DNA of 63,090 nt, filler included, from Octopus bimaculoides (taxonomy: Eukaryota): NCBI RefSeq assembly GCF_001194135.2. It is 6 parts of 5 records of this genome, joined end to end, with 100 filler letters (N's around TTAATTAATTAA, not from the genome) between each part and the next. Parts side by side here need not be neighbours in the genome. Positions count along the whole stretch, not along the records: positions 1 to 22,018 come from NC_068995.1; positions 22,119 to 30,914 come from NC_068986.1; 4 more parts are not named here. One strand, written 5' to 3'. The position numbers and the translations under genes are program-made. This document shows, piece after piece, positions 10,907 to 24,329 of this stretch. Positions within the stretch are counted from its first letter, which is position 1. Each line of letters opens with the position of its first letter. The notes below the pieces were generated by a model. It saw only the letters and a list, made by a program, of their open reading frames with translations. It was not told the DNA's origin and did not search any database.

Positions 10907-11107
10907 AATTAGAAGATCATTGTTTTTTGACTGGCTTCAATCAGTTGACTGCGGTCATGCTGGAGCAAGGAAATATTTTGTTGTGGCTTAACTTTTTACT
11001 CAATCACTTTTCGTTTGGTTAAAATTAATTTTGTTTTCGGTAAGAAACTTTTTTCTGTTGTCCCAACATATTTTGTTTATTTTCCTTTACTTTCACTCCC
11101 TTCTCCA

Positions 11108-11142
11108 TTCCTCTCTCTCTCCTTTCTACTCTCTCTCTCCTT

Positions 11143-11200
<58 letters not shown>
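11108..11200. repeat. (CT)n microsatellite
   Basis: Directly visible. Confidence 0.95.
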
Positions 11201-11202
<2 letters not shown>

Positions 11203-11834
11203 TTTAAAAATGATTTTCACTGTAAAACTTGAAAACTATTAATAGAATTTCAAAGACACACCTGTTTTACGTTGATTTCATTACAAGATTTCTCATCATT
11301 TTCCTGCCAATATATTAGGCAACAGACATCATCATCATCAATGAAGACAGTAACACAAAGAAGAATAACAACAACAACGGCAATAACAAAAATAACATCG
11401 GAATGGTAAGAATTCTAGGTAAACTGATGGATTGTAAAGAGCAATCGAATTACGTTGATTATTCTCCCTTACAAGTTGTCTACAAGAATCTTGGTTAACT
11501 GGGAAGTTGGTGGAACAGTTACCGAAATTTTCTGTCTTTCTAATTACTTCGTTTTTTTTTGCTTGTTTGTTTGTTTGTTTAATGAATAAATAAATAAATG
11601 AAAAGAAATATAAAAACAAATAAATGAAGAGTAAAAAAGAAACAAAACAAGAAAAAGAGCCACAAAGAAAAACGAAAACAAAGATAAAATGTCTTTTGCT
11701 GAGAGTTCGTTATTGGTGTATGTTATGCACATACATTACATATATACATACATACATGCATGCATGCATATATATAAGCATGCATACATACATACATACA
11801 TATATACATACACATACATCTACTACATATGTGC

Positions 11835-12002
11835 GAAATTATGTCTGTGGGTGTGTTTGTGGAGTTGTTAGCTAACTCATCCTACATCGTTTTATCGATT
11901 TTGATGAAACTTGACACGTGAGTAGAACTCATATCTGGAAACCTCATGGCATGCTCAGATTGTTGAAAAAAAATCGATAATAGGGCACCTGGAAGGGATC
12001 CT

Positions 12003-12034
<32 letters not shown>

Positions 12035-12740
12035 TTTATTTTAAAAACCAAGGGAAATAACCCATTCGCCCCTGGAAGGGATCCTTATATATAGCCAAGG
12101 GAAATAACCCATTAATTTTCCTAAATTATTTGGTAAAAATGAAATTGAATATGCTTATTTCTTAGTATTTGAACTGTTAGAGTTATTTTCGCAATTTATC
12201 CTGTAAAACCTTTAAACAAGTAAATAGTATTTTCCTAAACAATAGATCCACTTATTTCAGTTAGTGACTTATTCACGAACATACCAACACTTGCACCCCT
12301 GAGGGTAATATTCCCTGGGAATGCACAAAAGCCCTTTTCAGAGTTGTTTACTTCAAATTGTTATTATCTCATATGTGAATAGCCTGTTACTGCGTAACAT
12401 GCTTCACGATTTTAGTATACATACCTTATTAATATTTCCTCCTATGTTCTATATACACTGGGAACGCATTGAAGCCCTTTTCGGAGATACTTTATTTGAA
12501 TTCTTTCTATTGGGTAACTATTTACATAACTGACTTCACAATTTGGGTATTCATAACTTATTGGGAATTCCCCAAAACAAGATCCTGTGTATGACAGTTC
12601 GGTATTTTCTGTTAATACACAAAAAACGTTTTAAGGGCTACGTACTTTGTATTGTTGTTATTGGATTAGCGAAAGAATTATGAGAACGGAACCAAGGGAT
12701 AAGCCCCGCTTTCGCTGGAAATACCGGGTACATCAGCTAG
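11835..12740 (+). mobile_element. Probable non-autonomous Helitron/HINE-like element
   Basis: 5' TCCTACATCGTTTTATCGATTTTGATGAAACTTGACAC resembles DINE-1/HINE-type cores (from memory); GC-rich 3' end CCGGGTACATCAGCTAG|T; internal direct duplication at 11988-12113. The 5' boundary is uncertain. Confidence 0.45.
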
Positions 12741-13311
12741 TACATACATACATACATACATACATATAAGCATGCATGCACACATACACATACATACATA
12801 CATGCATACATACATACATACATATATGTATATATACATACACACACATACATACATACATACATACATACACATTCATTATATATGTATATGTGTGCTT
12901 AAGTATTTATTCATTTATGTACACAAACACACATACACATATACACGCAAAGTACATATATATTACACATATATATATATATGTACATCTATATATGAAT
13001 ATTTGTAAAGTAAAGTGTGTATAATCGAAGTACCAAGTATTCTGCGGAATACGCAGCCAATGATATGCTAAGGGACGAGAAGAATATTGAATGCTTTTTT
13101 ATTGTTTTTGTTGTACATTTAGAGAGAAGTGAATTATGGGAACACCTGTTATGACGGCGGTACAAGGTGGGATTAAGATGGCGTCAGAAAATTGCAACGG
13201 CGGCAACAGCAGCAGCACCAAAGACAGCAACGGCGACGACAAGAACAGCAACAACAATAACGGTGGAGAAATCACCAACAGCTGCAGAACTAATATAATC
13301 ATGAAGCGAAT

Positions 13312-13466
13312 GTATGGCTATGTGGTAAGACGTTTGCTTCCCAACCACATGGTTCCGAGTTCAGTCCTGCTGTGTGGAACATTAGGCAAGTATGTTCTGC
13401 TATAGCTTTGGGCTGACCCGAGCCATATCAGTGGATTTGGTAGAGGGAAACTGAAAGAAGCCCGTC

Positions 13467-13502
<36 letters not shown>
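13312..13502 (+). mobile_element. SINE family B, 5' half, running into a gap at its internal (TA)n
   Basis: TGGCTATGTGGTAAG...GGTTCCGAGTTCAGTCC...GTGGATTTGGTAGAGGGAAACTGAAAGAAGCCCGTCGT then (TA)n then N. Confidence 0.9.
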
Positions 13503-14487
13503 NNNNNNNNNNNNNNNNNNNNNNNNNNNNNNNNNNNNNNNNNNNNNNNNNNNNNNNNNNNNNNNNNNNNNNNNNNNNNNNNNNNNNNNNNNNNNNNNNN
13601 NNNNNNNNNNNNNNNNNNNNNNNNNNNNNNNNNNNNNNNNNNNNNNNNNNNNNNNNNNNNNNNNNNNNNNNNNNNNNNNNNNNNNNNNNNNNNNNNNNNN
13701 NNNNNNNNNNNNNNNNNNNNNNNNNNNNNNNNNNNNNNNNNNNNNNNNNNNNNNNNNNNNNNNNNNNNNNNNNNNNNNNNNNNNNNNNNNNNNNNNNNNN
13801 NNNNNNNNNNNNNNNNNNNNNNNNNNNNNNNNNNNNNNNNNNNNNNNNNNNNNNNNNNNNNNNNNNNNNNNNNNNNNNNNNNNNNNNNNNNNNNNNNNNN
13901 NNNNNNNNNNNNNNNNNNNNNNNNNNNNNNNNNNNNNNNNNNNNNNNNNNNNNNNNNNNNNNNNNNNNNNNNNNNNNNNNNNNNNNNNNNNNNNNNNNNN
14001 NNNNNNNNNNNNNNNNNNNNNNNNNNNNNNNNNNNNNNNNNNNNNNNNNNNNNNNNNNNNNNNNNNNNNNNNNNNNNNNNNNNNNNNNNNNNNNNNNNNN
14101 NNNNNNNNNNNNNNNNNNNNNNNNNNNNNNNNNNNNNNNNNNNNNNNNNNNNNNNNNNNNNNNNNNNNNNNNNNNNNNNNNNNNNNNNNNNNNNNNNNNN
14201 NNNNNNNNNNNNNNNNNNNNNNNNNNNNNNNNNNNNNNNNNNNNNNNNNNNNNNNNNNNNNNNNNNNNNNNNNNNNNNNNNNNNNNNNNNNNNNNNNNNN
14301 NNNNNNNNNNNNNNNNNNNNNNNNNNNNNNNNNNNNNNNNNNNNNNNNNNNNNNNNNNNNNNNNNNNNNNNNNNNNNNNNNNNNNNNNNNNNNNNNNNNN
14401 NNNNNNNNNNNNNNNNNNNNNNNNNNNNNNNNNNNNNNNNNNNNNNNNNNNNNNNNNNNNNNNNTATATATATATATATTAGCTATG

Positions 14488-14533
<46 letters not shown>

Positions 14534-15269
14534 CATAGCTAATTTAAATTATAATCATTATACGTACGCCATATTTCCTGACATTACTCATAATGGCAAA
14601 AGTAGGCATGCAAATTTTCCTATTATAAGATCGTTAACACTCAAGTAGTAATTATAATAATAATTACAGCACTGCTATTAATCAAACCACTTTCAATAAA
14701 TTAGAACAAGAGTGAAACAAAGCATAGCATAAAGACCCCAAACGCACAGACAATTGGAATAATGATAGCCTTTCCAAATATTTTTCTGTAAAAATACAAA
14801 TTACTAGTGTTTCAAAATGTGGAATACTACATGACAAAAAATAACAAAAAGGAAAAAATAAATTGTGGTGACTTAGTTTCAAAGGTATGATGAGTGGGTG
14901 GGTAGACGTTTGGAAAAAATATGGATTAAAAGGTTTTGTTTTAACCCATAAATAACATCGGTTGACATAAATTTATGTGCACTGAGTACTTACTTTGAAT
15001 CAGATGACGAAAATATACGCAGCTCTATCTACTCCGGTTTTGTAGCTGTTTGTGTTCCGGTTGATATAAATATCTGCTATCACCCACGGAATCGATAATA
15101 GAGGTCACCGTGCAAATTTCAGGGAATCTTATAGGTTTGTTAGATTCTTCATGTAAATATTTACAACTCAGTTCAAGACTTCATCACCATAATAGTATAA
15201 AAGCAGCAGTTACACCACCATTTCTCAGCAAATTCGTACACGCTCAGCAAATTCTTCTGGTCCTTATAG

Positions 15270-15438
15270 GCAAAAGGCTTGACGTTTTAGGGGAACGATT
15301 CCGTCGTGTGCATAGCATATCTAGTATTATGGACCCCGAAAAAATGAAAGCTAAAGTCTACCTCGGTGGAATTTGAACTTATAACTTAAAGCCAGAAGAA
15401 ATGCCGCCAAGGATCTTGTCCGATGCGCTAACGATTCT
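15270..15438 (-). mobile_element. SINE family A, diverged
   Basis: Plus strand GACCCCGAAAAAATGAAAG...CTCGGTGGAATTTGAACT...GCTAACGATTCT. Confidence 0.8.
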
Positions 15439-15525
15439 ACAAGTCGATTGATCTCAGTGTTACAAGTGGCATACATATGTTGGTAGGTCTGTAGTAAATC
15501 ACAGGTATATGTTGTACGGACCCAC

Positions 15526-15580
<55 letters not shown>

Positions 15581-15581
<1 letters not shown>

Positions 15582-16190
15582 TTCCTTCTGGGCTAGTACA
15601 CCACTAGTCCAGGAGGAATATAAGAGACGCCACGACAATATAGCAAGGCTTGTCCATTGGACACTTTGTAACAAGTATGGACTTGACAGAGCAAAAAATT
15701 GGTACGACCACAAACCCGAAGGCACCATCGAAAATGATAATGCAAAGATTCTGTGGAATTTTATGATTCAGTGCGACCATAATATAGAGAATAGGAAGCC
15801 AGACATAGTCTTAATTGAGAAAGAAAGCAAACTATAACGGATCATAGATATAGCATGACCAGCTGACAACAAGGTATGTGATAAGGAAGAAAGAAAATTT
15901 GAGAGATATGACAGGTTAGCTTGGGAAGTTAAGCAGTTGTGGTCAATGGAAAAGGTAGCAGTAGTACCAATAAATGTCGGAGCCCTGGGAACAGTGAGCA
16001 AAAATCTCGAGAGGTACGTGGAACTAATAGAGGCTGCAATAAGGGTGGAGCACTTTCAGTAAATAGCACTGCTTGGAACCACTCGAATACTCCGGATGGT
16101 GCTCGAAAAATAAGGGGTGTTACCTTGGTTCACTGGTAGTGAACAGCTGACACCGTAGTATGTCTCCAGCGTTAGAAGCTGTGCAAAGGC
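15581..16190 (+). mobile_element. 5'-truncated R4/Dong-type LINE, restriction-like endonuclease pseudogene
   Basis: Frame from 15598 reads TPLVQEEYKRRHDNIARLVHW...NRKPDIVLIEK...IIDIA*PAD...ERYDRLAWEVKQLW...VGALGTV...ALLGTTRILRMVL with a few stops. RHD and PD..D motifs are those of RLE clades; (AAT)n lies on both sides. Confidence 0.9.
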
Positions 16191-16350
<160 letters not shown>

Positions 16351-16374
16351 ATTGTGCTATGAGGAGAGTGTCCG

Positions 16375-16636
16375 TTCTCTCAGTAGGCACTCGGAGCACT
16401 AACAACTAAGTTCGAGAAATATGTCAGAGAAATCGGAATTGACATGAGAGCAGAGGAGGCCCAAAAAAGCTGCTCTGTTGGGGAGGCTGGGATTTTGAGA
16501 TTGGTACTTAGATGTTGAATGACTTCTACGGTAATTAACAACCAATTATCAAAGCTTATAATGTGCGGAAAGCGACCCTGTGAGACCGCTGACAACAAGC
16601 TGCTGTCCGCTCTCACAACAATCGACCAGAGCAAAC

Positions 16637-16640
<4 letters not shown>
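16375..16640 (+). mobile_element. 3' end of a second R4/Dong-type LINE family, followed by (GAT)n
   Basis: ALGALTTKFEKYVREIGIDMRAEEAQK-AALLG-AGILRLVLRC* (two frameshifts), homologous to the C-terminus of 15581-16190 but with a different 3' UTR. Confidence 0.75.
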
Positions 16641-16667
<27 letters not shown>

Positions 16668-17595
16668 GTGATGATGACGATGAGGCTGTAGATGGTGGTA
16701 ATGGTGGTGGTGGAACTGGTGCTGGTAGCCCACGTAAATTGAAAACTGTTGTTTTATGTTCTGTCACAACTCTTTTTCTATCACCATCACCATCACAACT
16801 ATGGTCATCTTCACCACTGCAACAACCATTAACGCCACCACCACCACCACCGCCACCACCAACATCATCACAACCACTACCACCACCACCACCACCACCA
16901 CTAACGCCACCTCCATCAGCACTACTACTACACACAAACATACACAAGCATACACACTAACATATACATACATATATACATTTACACACTCTCCTTCTTT
17001 TCATCTCTTTCTTCCTCTCTCACATACACACGCACACAAACACACAAATACATACACACACATTCTTTCTATCACACACACAAATACATACATACACAAA
17101 TACATACACACACATTCTTTCTATCACACATACACACACACACTCTTTCACATACACCCATACATTTACTTACCAAACTGCAAAACACGCACACATACAC
17201 ATACATACACATACTCGCTCACACATTCATTCACACACAGCCATACGCACACACACATATACACATACACACTCATACATACACACTCATACATACACAC
17301 TCATACACATACATACACATACATACACACACATACACACTCATACGCACTCACACACATACACAGACACTCACAAACACACATACACACTCATACACAT
17401 ACATACACAGACATACACACGCACACACACATACACGCTCATAAGCACATACGCACTCACACACACACAAACAACAGCAAAAAAAACCAAACAAACAACG
17501 AAAACAAACAACATAAAACAAACATCAAGAAACAAACAAACAAAAACAAACAGACGCTATCAACAACAACAACAACAACAATAACAACAGCATCG
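16640..17595. repeat. Compound microsatellite: (GAT)n, (CCA)n, long degenerate (CA)n, (AAC)n
   Basis: Directly visible. Confidence 0.95.
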
Positions 17596-18669
17596 AAGTA
17601 GAAGACTTAAAAAACAACGACCAATAAAAATGGCGGCCATATTTTTTATTCTGGTGTTCATGCACAATAAGACCCTTGGTGCTTAAACAAATTCACTTGT
17701 AATGCACCATTAACTATCTCTCTTCCTGGCCTTCTTCGTTTATTTTTTGTTTAAACATAATCTCTTTCACTCACGTCTATTCTTTTATTAAACCCTTTTC
17801 TTCGTCTATTCTGATATTCTCTCTTTGATACTCTCTAACTCTGTGTTTCTTTCCATCAAGTTTGGTAGATTTAATTTTTTTTTTTCCTTTCCATGTTTCC
17901 ATGTTACAATTCGCCACACTATCAATCTCGCCATCGCTACTCACTCTCACTCTCACCCTCTCTTTCCCTCCCCCTAGAAGATATATATATATATANNNNN
18001 NNNNNNNNNNNNNNNNNNNNNNNNNNNNNNNNNNNNNNNNNNNNNNNNNNNNNNNNNNNNNNNNNNNNNNNNNNNNNNNNNNNNNNNNNNNNNNNNNNNN
18101 NNNNNNNNNNNNNNNNNNNNNNNNNNNNNNNNNNNNNNNNNNNNNNNNNNNNNNNNNNNNNNNNNNNNNNNNNNNNNNNNNNNNNNNNNNNNNNNNNNNN
18201 NNNNNNNNNNNNNNNNNNNNNNNNNNNNNNNNNNNNNNNNNNNNNNNNNNNNNNNNNNNNNNNNNNNNNNNNNNNNNNNNNNNNNNNNNNNNNNNNNNNN
18301 NNNNNNNNNNNNNNNNNNNNNNNNNNNNNNNNNNNNNNNNNNNNNNNNNNNNNNNNNNNNNNNNNNNNNNNNNNNNNNNNNNNNNNNNNNNNNNNNNNNN
18401 NNNNNNNNNNNNNNNNNNNNNNNNNNNNNNNNNNNNNNNNNNNNNNNNNNNNNNNNNNNNNNNNNNNNNNNNNNNNNNNNNNNNNNNNNNNNNNNNNNNN
18501 NNNNNNNNNNNNNNNNNNNNNNNNNNNNNNNNNNNNNAAGACTGGAATAAGAAACTAACACAAAACCAAATAGTACTTTATATTGTTTAACAGATATATT
18601 ACACAGATGTTTAATTACACATCTTAGAATAGATATTTCTGTCAAACTGGAGTTTGAACTACTCAAGGA

Positions 18670-18945
18670 ATAAGCTTACTCTTTGTTGCTTTATGTGAAT
18701 AAATTGCATCATGACAGTCTCTTTACGGTGACCGGCCTTGATATCTAGTCTTCATTTTCTCGATGTCTTGGTTGAAACTTTCTCCTTGCTCATCACTTAT
18801 TGCCTTCTGATTTTCAAGGATGTCATCCAAATGATTGTGCAGGAAATGCACAATTACACTCATGTAGCAGCTCAGGGCTCGAAAACTGCTTAAAAGGATC
18901 TGTACAAGATCTTCATAATTTGATGACTTCCTGTTTCCCAAGAAA
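18670..18945 (-). mobile_element. DNA transposase C-terminal remnant, Chapaev3/CMC-like
   Basis: LGNRKSSNYEDLVQILLSSFRALSCYMSVIVHFLHNHLD...ISDEQGESFNQDIEKMKTRYQGR matches the MSLKIHFLHSHLD...SDEHGERFHQDI motif. The transposase origin is clear; the superfamily name is from memory. Confidence 0.65.
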
Positions 18946-18949
18946 TCAG

Positions 18950-19383
18950 ATACAACTGCAGCTTGAGCGGCTTAAGTCAGCGATAGAAGAAAAACGACCA
19001 TCTTTGGTTTCAAGACGAAAGGTGTTCTTCCATCAGGATAATGCTCGGCCACATACGGCGAGGATGACATTCCAAAGGCTGGAGCAGTTTGAATGGGAAA
19101 CGATGCCCCACCCACCATATTCGCCGGATATTGCCCCATCTGATTATCATTTATTCAGCAGTCTTCAAAATCATTTGGATGGAAAAAATATGAATTCTGT
19201 AGACGAGGTCAGAACAGAACTGGAGGAGTGAATTTTGGAAGAGGGGCCTTGCAAATCTACCAGATAGATGGAAGAGCATTGTAGAAAATGAAGGAGAGTA
19301 TATTTTTGATTAAAAAAGAATTTTAATTTGAAAAAAATTAAAGAAGTATAAAAAGCCCGCATTATTTATGGGATGACACAATA
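18950..19383 (+). mobile_element. Mariner (D,D34D) transposase 3' fragment with right TIR
   Basis: FHQDNARPHTA...PHPPYSPDIAPSDYHLF...LPDRWKSIVENEGEYIFD*, ending CATTATTTATGGGATGACACAA-TA. Confidence 0.95.
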
Positions 19384-19479
19384 CAATTGAGGTGGACTGA
19401 GCCAACTGGTGTCTCAAACATTTCAGTTTGCCGAAGTTAGCCGACTGACATATTTTCATTGTCTTCGTTACCACCCCGC

Positions 19480-20019
19480 CAACAACGCCACTACGACCAT
19501 CATCACTAACACAACATCACCTACACCACTCTCACGATCATATCTGCCAACACCATCACCACCAGCACCACCACCACCACCACCATTACCATCACCGCCA
19601 GCACCACCACTACCACCACCATTACCATCACCACCACCACCACCACCACATCACTTCTTCACTACCATCATCATCATCAACGTTACAATGATAACCNNNN
19701 NNNNNNNNNNNNNNNNNNNNNNNNNNNNNNNNNNNNNNNNNNNNNNNNNNNNNNNNNNNNNNNNNNNNNNNNNNNNNNNNNNNNNNNNNNNNNNNNNNNN
19801 NNNNNNNNNNNNNNNNNNNNNNNNNNNNNNNNNNNNNNNNNNNNNNNNNNNNNNNNNNNNNNNNNNNNNNNNNNNNNNNNNNNNNNNNNNNNNNNNNNNN
19901 NNNNNNNNNNNNNNNNNNNNNNNNNNNNNNNNNNCACCACCATTAGCAACACTACCATCATCGTCATTCCAACCACGTCCACTAACACCAACGTAACCAT
20001 CCGTTACCATCACTACTGT

Positions 20020-20079
<60 letters not shown>

Positions 20080-20135
20080 CACTACCACTACTACTACTAT
20101 TACTACTACTACCACCACCACCACCACCATTACTG
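19480..20135. repeat. (CCA)n/(CAT)n/(CTA)n compound microsatellite spanning a gap
   Basis: Directly visible. Confidence 0.9.
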
Positions 20136-20466
20136 TCTCCACCGTTACGAGAGACCGTCACACTTATGTAAGAAACAGTTATTACATTAGTAGTGGAGGC
20201 CATGGGATGGGCTTTCATGATCAGCCAAGTGGAACAATATCGATCCGTGTTGATAGCTTCACTGATCGATGTTAGCAATGATTGGAAAATCTTATCACAT
20301 TCTCTCATTCTAGGGAAAGCATAAATTGATTGTGTGTGTTTGTGTAAAGTTGTTTGTATGTGTGTTTATGGTTGTTTGTGCATGGTTATGTTTGTTTGTT
20401 TGTTTGTTTGCGCGTGTGTGTGTGTGTGTGTATACATGTGTATGTTTGCACATGCCTATATATATG

Positions 20467-20521
<55 letters not shown>

Positions 20522-20769
20522 GTTTATATATATGTATACACACACACTCATATATATGTATGTATATAAGTTGCAGTGTATTTGTTTGTGCATGCGTGTG
20601 TGTATGTTTGCATGTGAGTGTCTGTGTGTGAGTATTTGTGTATGTATGTGTTTACATGTTTTTGTCAATGTATGTTTTCAAATTAAATGGATTCCAGTTC
20701 AATATTATATTGCCCCACCCTTTGCCCTTATGGCAATAAAAGAAAACCTTATAACTCGCCATTCTTGTT

Positions 20770-20880
20770 ATTGTTTTTATTGGTATTTAGTTCCGGTTCT
20801 TTAAATCCAGAAGTTAAATCCCGCTGCCCTCAACTTTGCATTTTATCATTTCAGTGGCGATAAAACACAAGACTAGTAAA
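20770..20880 (+). mobile_element. SINE family A fragment, highly diverged
   Basis: AGTTAAATCCCGCTG...CAACTTTGCATTTTATCATTTCAGTGGCGATAAAAC. Confidence 0.55.
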
Positions 20881-21047
20881 ACGGGTCGGTTTAATCTTTC
20901 TTCTCTGAATTTGTAGACTTGTAAGAAATAATAATAAAACATTTAATAATATGTCCCGATGCAGTACCAGGCAGTGGCTCTCATGGTTTCTGATCCTAAC
21001 TGATTGGAAGTGTTATCATATACACTGTTTTGTCTTGGTATAAAGCA

Positions 21048-21330
21048 CAGGTTCTCAAACTTTTTGGGCCGCCACCCCTATCATGACCATATAATACCCC
21101 CAGCGCCCCATCCCTGTTTTTATGATGAAATAAATATTTTATATTTTACTAATTTATATAGACTATGAATCATTTGATATTTAATATAATAATATATAAT
21201 TTGTATGCAATACTATAATGATATTATAATAAATTCATAGTGTCCCCCAATCGACTGCCTTCCTCCAAACGCCTCCTTTTTTCTCTAAAATCCCCTACTC
21301 CCACCACTCCCTTAGGCACCAGCGCCCACC
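21048..21330 (+). mobile_element. hAT (Charlie-like) MITE fragment
   Basis: Starts CAGGTTCTCAAACTTTTTGGGCC, like hAT-Charlie termini; no matching right TIR found. Confidence 0.5.
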
Positions 21331-21831
21331 TATAATAATTTCTAGTATTGGTACAAGGTCTAAATTCTTTCAACGACTTGAAGTATTTTAAGTTTTCGTT
21401 TGATTTTATTCTCAAATTTCCTACTTTGATGTAACTTTCTAGACAAAAATTAAGGCAATTTTCGTCATCAGCATGCAAAACTACATTTAAAAAAAAATAA
21501 TCTGCTGAAAAATTGAATTACTTTAAATGGTTGTAAGAAATTTAACACGATCCCGTAAACACATTACGACCTAACGTGTTAAAACTTCAATAACACCATT
21601 GCACAGGTTGTTTGGCGGTGTAGCGTCGTAGTCAGAACATGCAGTTCAGATAAAGATCCCAATAAAAACATACAGAATTTTACAGGAGACAGCGTTATAC
21701 TATGTACTCCATATTTCTGACTGACGTACACGAGTCTCTCCCGCGAACACGAGACGACACTAATGAACTAGAGGGAGAAATGCATCGTAGCTGGTGCACA
21801 AAAGCAGGGCTTCGTTTAAGTGCAGGGACAG

Positions 21832-21862
<31 letters not shown>

Positions 21863-22315
21863 TGTGTGTGTGTATGTGTGTGTGTATGTATGTATGCATG
21901 TGTGTATGTATGTATACATGTACGTATGTATATATATACAGACATAATATATACATAGACATCCGTACATATATGCATGTATCTACATATACATATGTAA
22001 ATATATATATATATGTGTNNNNNNNNNNNNNNNNNNNNNNNNNNNNNNNNNNNNNNNNNNNNTTAATTAATTAANNNNNNNNNNNNNNNNNNNNNNNNNN
22101 NNNNNNNNNNNNNNNNNNATATTTGATCCTTTATATTGAACACTCAATATTTCATCTACATTCAATACTTTCTTTCATGGTGCCATCCATTTTTATTTTA
22201 TTTTATTTTATATTATATATTATATTATATATTCCATATTCTATACCCCACATTTGTTCTCCAGGAATATAAATAAAACATAAAAAACAGACAGTGTTGG
22301 AACTCTTTTAAACAA

Positions 22316-22348
<33 letters not shown>

Positions 22349-22948
22349 CGGCGACATCATTTTTATTATTCATTATATAAATGAGAAATATTTGTATTTT
22401 TGTATGGAAACATTAAATTGCTAATAATTTATTAGACTGCCAATATTTTATTGTTTGTGTTATATTTTATTTTGTTATATGAGTGGATTACAACTTCGTT
22501 ACAATATGTTTTAAATATCCTTACTATATTGACTATATTGTTCCTATTTTGCCCCTTGTTCCATTGCTTCTTGGCGTGTAAATAAGATTTGAAGCATTGC
22601 AATTCTCCTATCGATGTTTTGTCCCAAGAATATCTTCACTATTAACATTTGTTATTGGGAAATATTTGTGCAAATCATTGCTGTAAAAGAATCCGTCTGG
22701 AATCGTTCTTAACTATCTGAGCCCCTGATCAATGATTTACCGGTTAGAAGACCCCATCTTAGAAATCTTTAATAGACACAAACTTGATTTAGTAGAAATG
22801 CAAAATGGTGTTTTTAAGTGTGGGAGAAATGTGTATTTGTTTTATCAAGTGACTGGGAAATCCGGTTGTTTCATGAATTTTCTAATCTGATTGTTAAAAT
22901 AGTCATCAAAATGGTAAATCCACTCATGAATATATGAAACATACAATA

Positions 22949-22983
<35 letters not shown>

Positions 22984-24329
22984 CATACATACAATCACAG
23001 TCACATGTGAGATAAATATTTGAGGCAATTATTATTTGTTTCCATAGAAACTAATGTTTTAGTCCAGAATATCCTTACTGGTAATTCATTAAGTTGTTTC
23101 GTTATAATATCAGACAGAGCTAGCTTTAAGTGTTCAGACGCCAAATTCTTGCGCTCACTCTTCTTGAGGGTCGAGACATCCTACATTGAGAGACCTTTAC
23201 CAATTAGGTCGACAGTTTACTGGGAGACAATTTTTAGAGAGACAGTTATAATAACGAGGAAAGAGGCACACACAAGGATATAACAGCATACACAACATCG
23301 TATTCATAGATATTATCCCAGAATGCACTCATTGTTATTTCAGAATTAGAGCTTCTCTGTCAGGTTTTATGGGAAACGTTTTGAATATGGAAATAAAGAT
23401 CCTGTCGCATTATGCCGGCCACAGTCTGATGATGTTTGACTAATGAACCAGTTTTTCGGGGTCGTATCGAGCTGTACCGACATAATGCAGAATAAATATA
23501 ATAATAGTGTTAAAACAATAATCCTTGGATGGAATTCATAAACAGTTAACGCATCGCTACGCGCGTTTCCACACATTAGGTGTCTCTTAAGATTAGAGTC
23601 CATATTCCTGGGATGATTACAGTGTAGTCCGCAGTATCCTTGGACGTCAGATTGATCATCTTCATGCATTCATTTCTTCAGACGATATAACATTAATGGA
23701 TGTACAACAGAGGGATGTTTATTCATTTTCACCTGTTTGAAGGTGAAGTGAGTTATGTGGGTGTATTCAGTGGGGAGGAGGGGAAAGTGATGAAAAGAGA
23801 GAAAGCAATGGTAGTTAAATGGCGATGGAGGTGTGTGCGCTGGTGGTGTTGGACTTGTTTTGCTATTCATTCAGCAGATTTTAAAGCTGGCTGGTACATT
23901 CTTTTGTTTGTTCTCATTTAAGGAACGACTATCTTCAATGAATTCTGAAGCCATCAACTCATCTGGTACTACTACTACATCTATCAGTTGTTGGGGTTTG
24001 TTAACTGAATTGATAAATGCTACTTTCTTATGGTGACTTTACCATTGTTTCTGGTGGTATAGTGTGTATAACCCTAAACATTGGTTGGCTGGTTTATTTG
24101 TATGGGTTCCTTCCCTGTTCTCTTATGTTCTCTTATTTCTGTTCCCTGTTCTCTTATTTCGTTTAAATGTTGTTGTTTTTTAATTCCATGAATGATGTTG
24201 TTCTTATGTTTACATGATATGATCACCTCATAATGTCTATTTATTACGTTTCCAGGGTTTCTTCTAGGCATAAGTTGCAAACCCGTAATGTACCGTTATA
24301 TGGTTCGGGGTGAGAGGTCAGGCGTTAAG

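Noticed and set aside
17621-17643. CCAAT next to overlapping YY1-like sites (AAAATGGCGGCCATATT)
   Set aside because: Short motifs beside a microsatellite, with no associated gene or CpG island.
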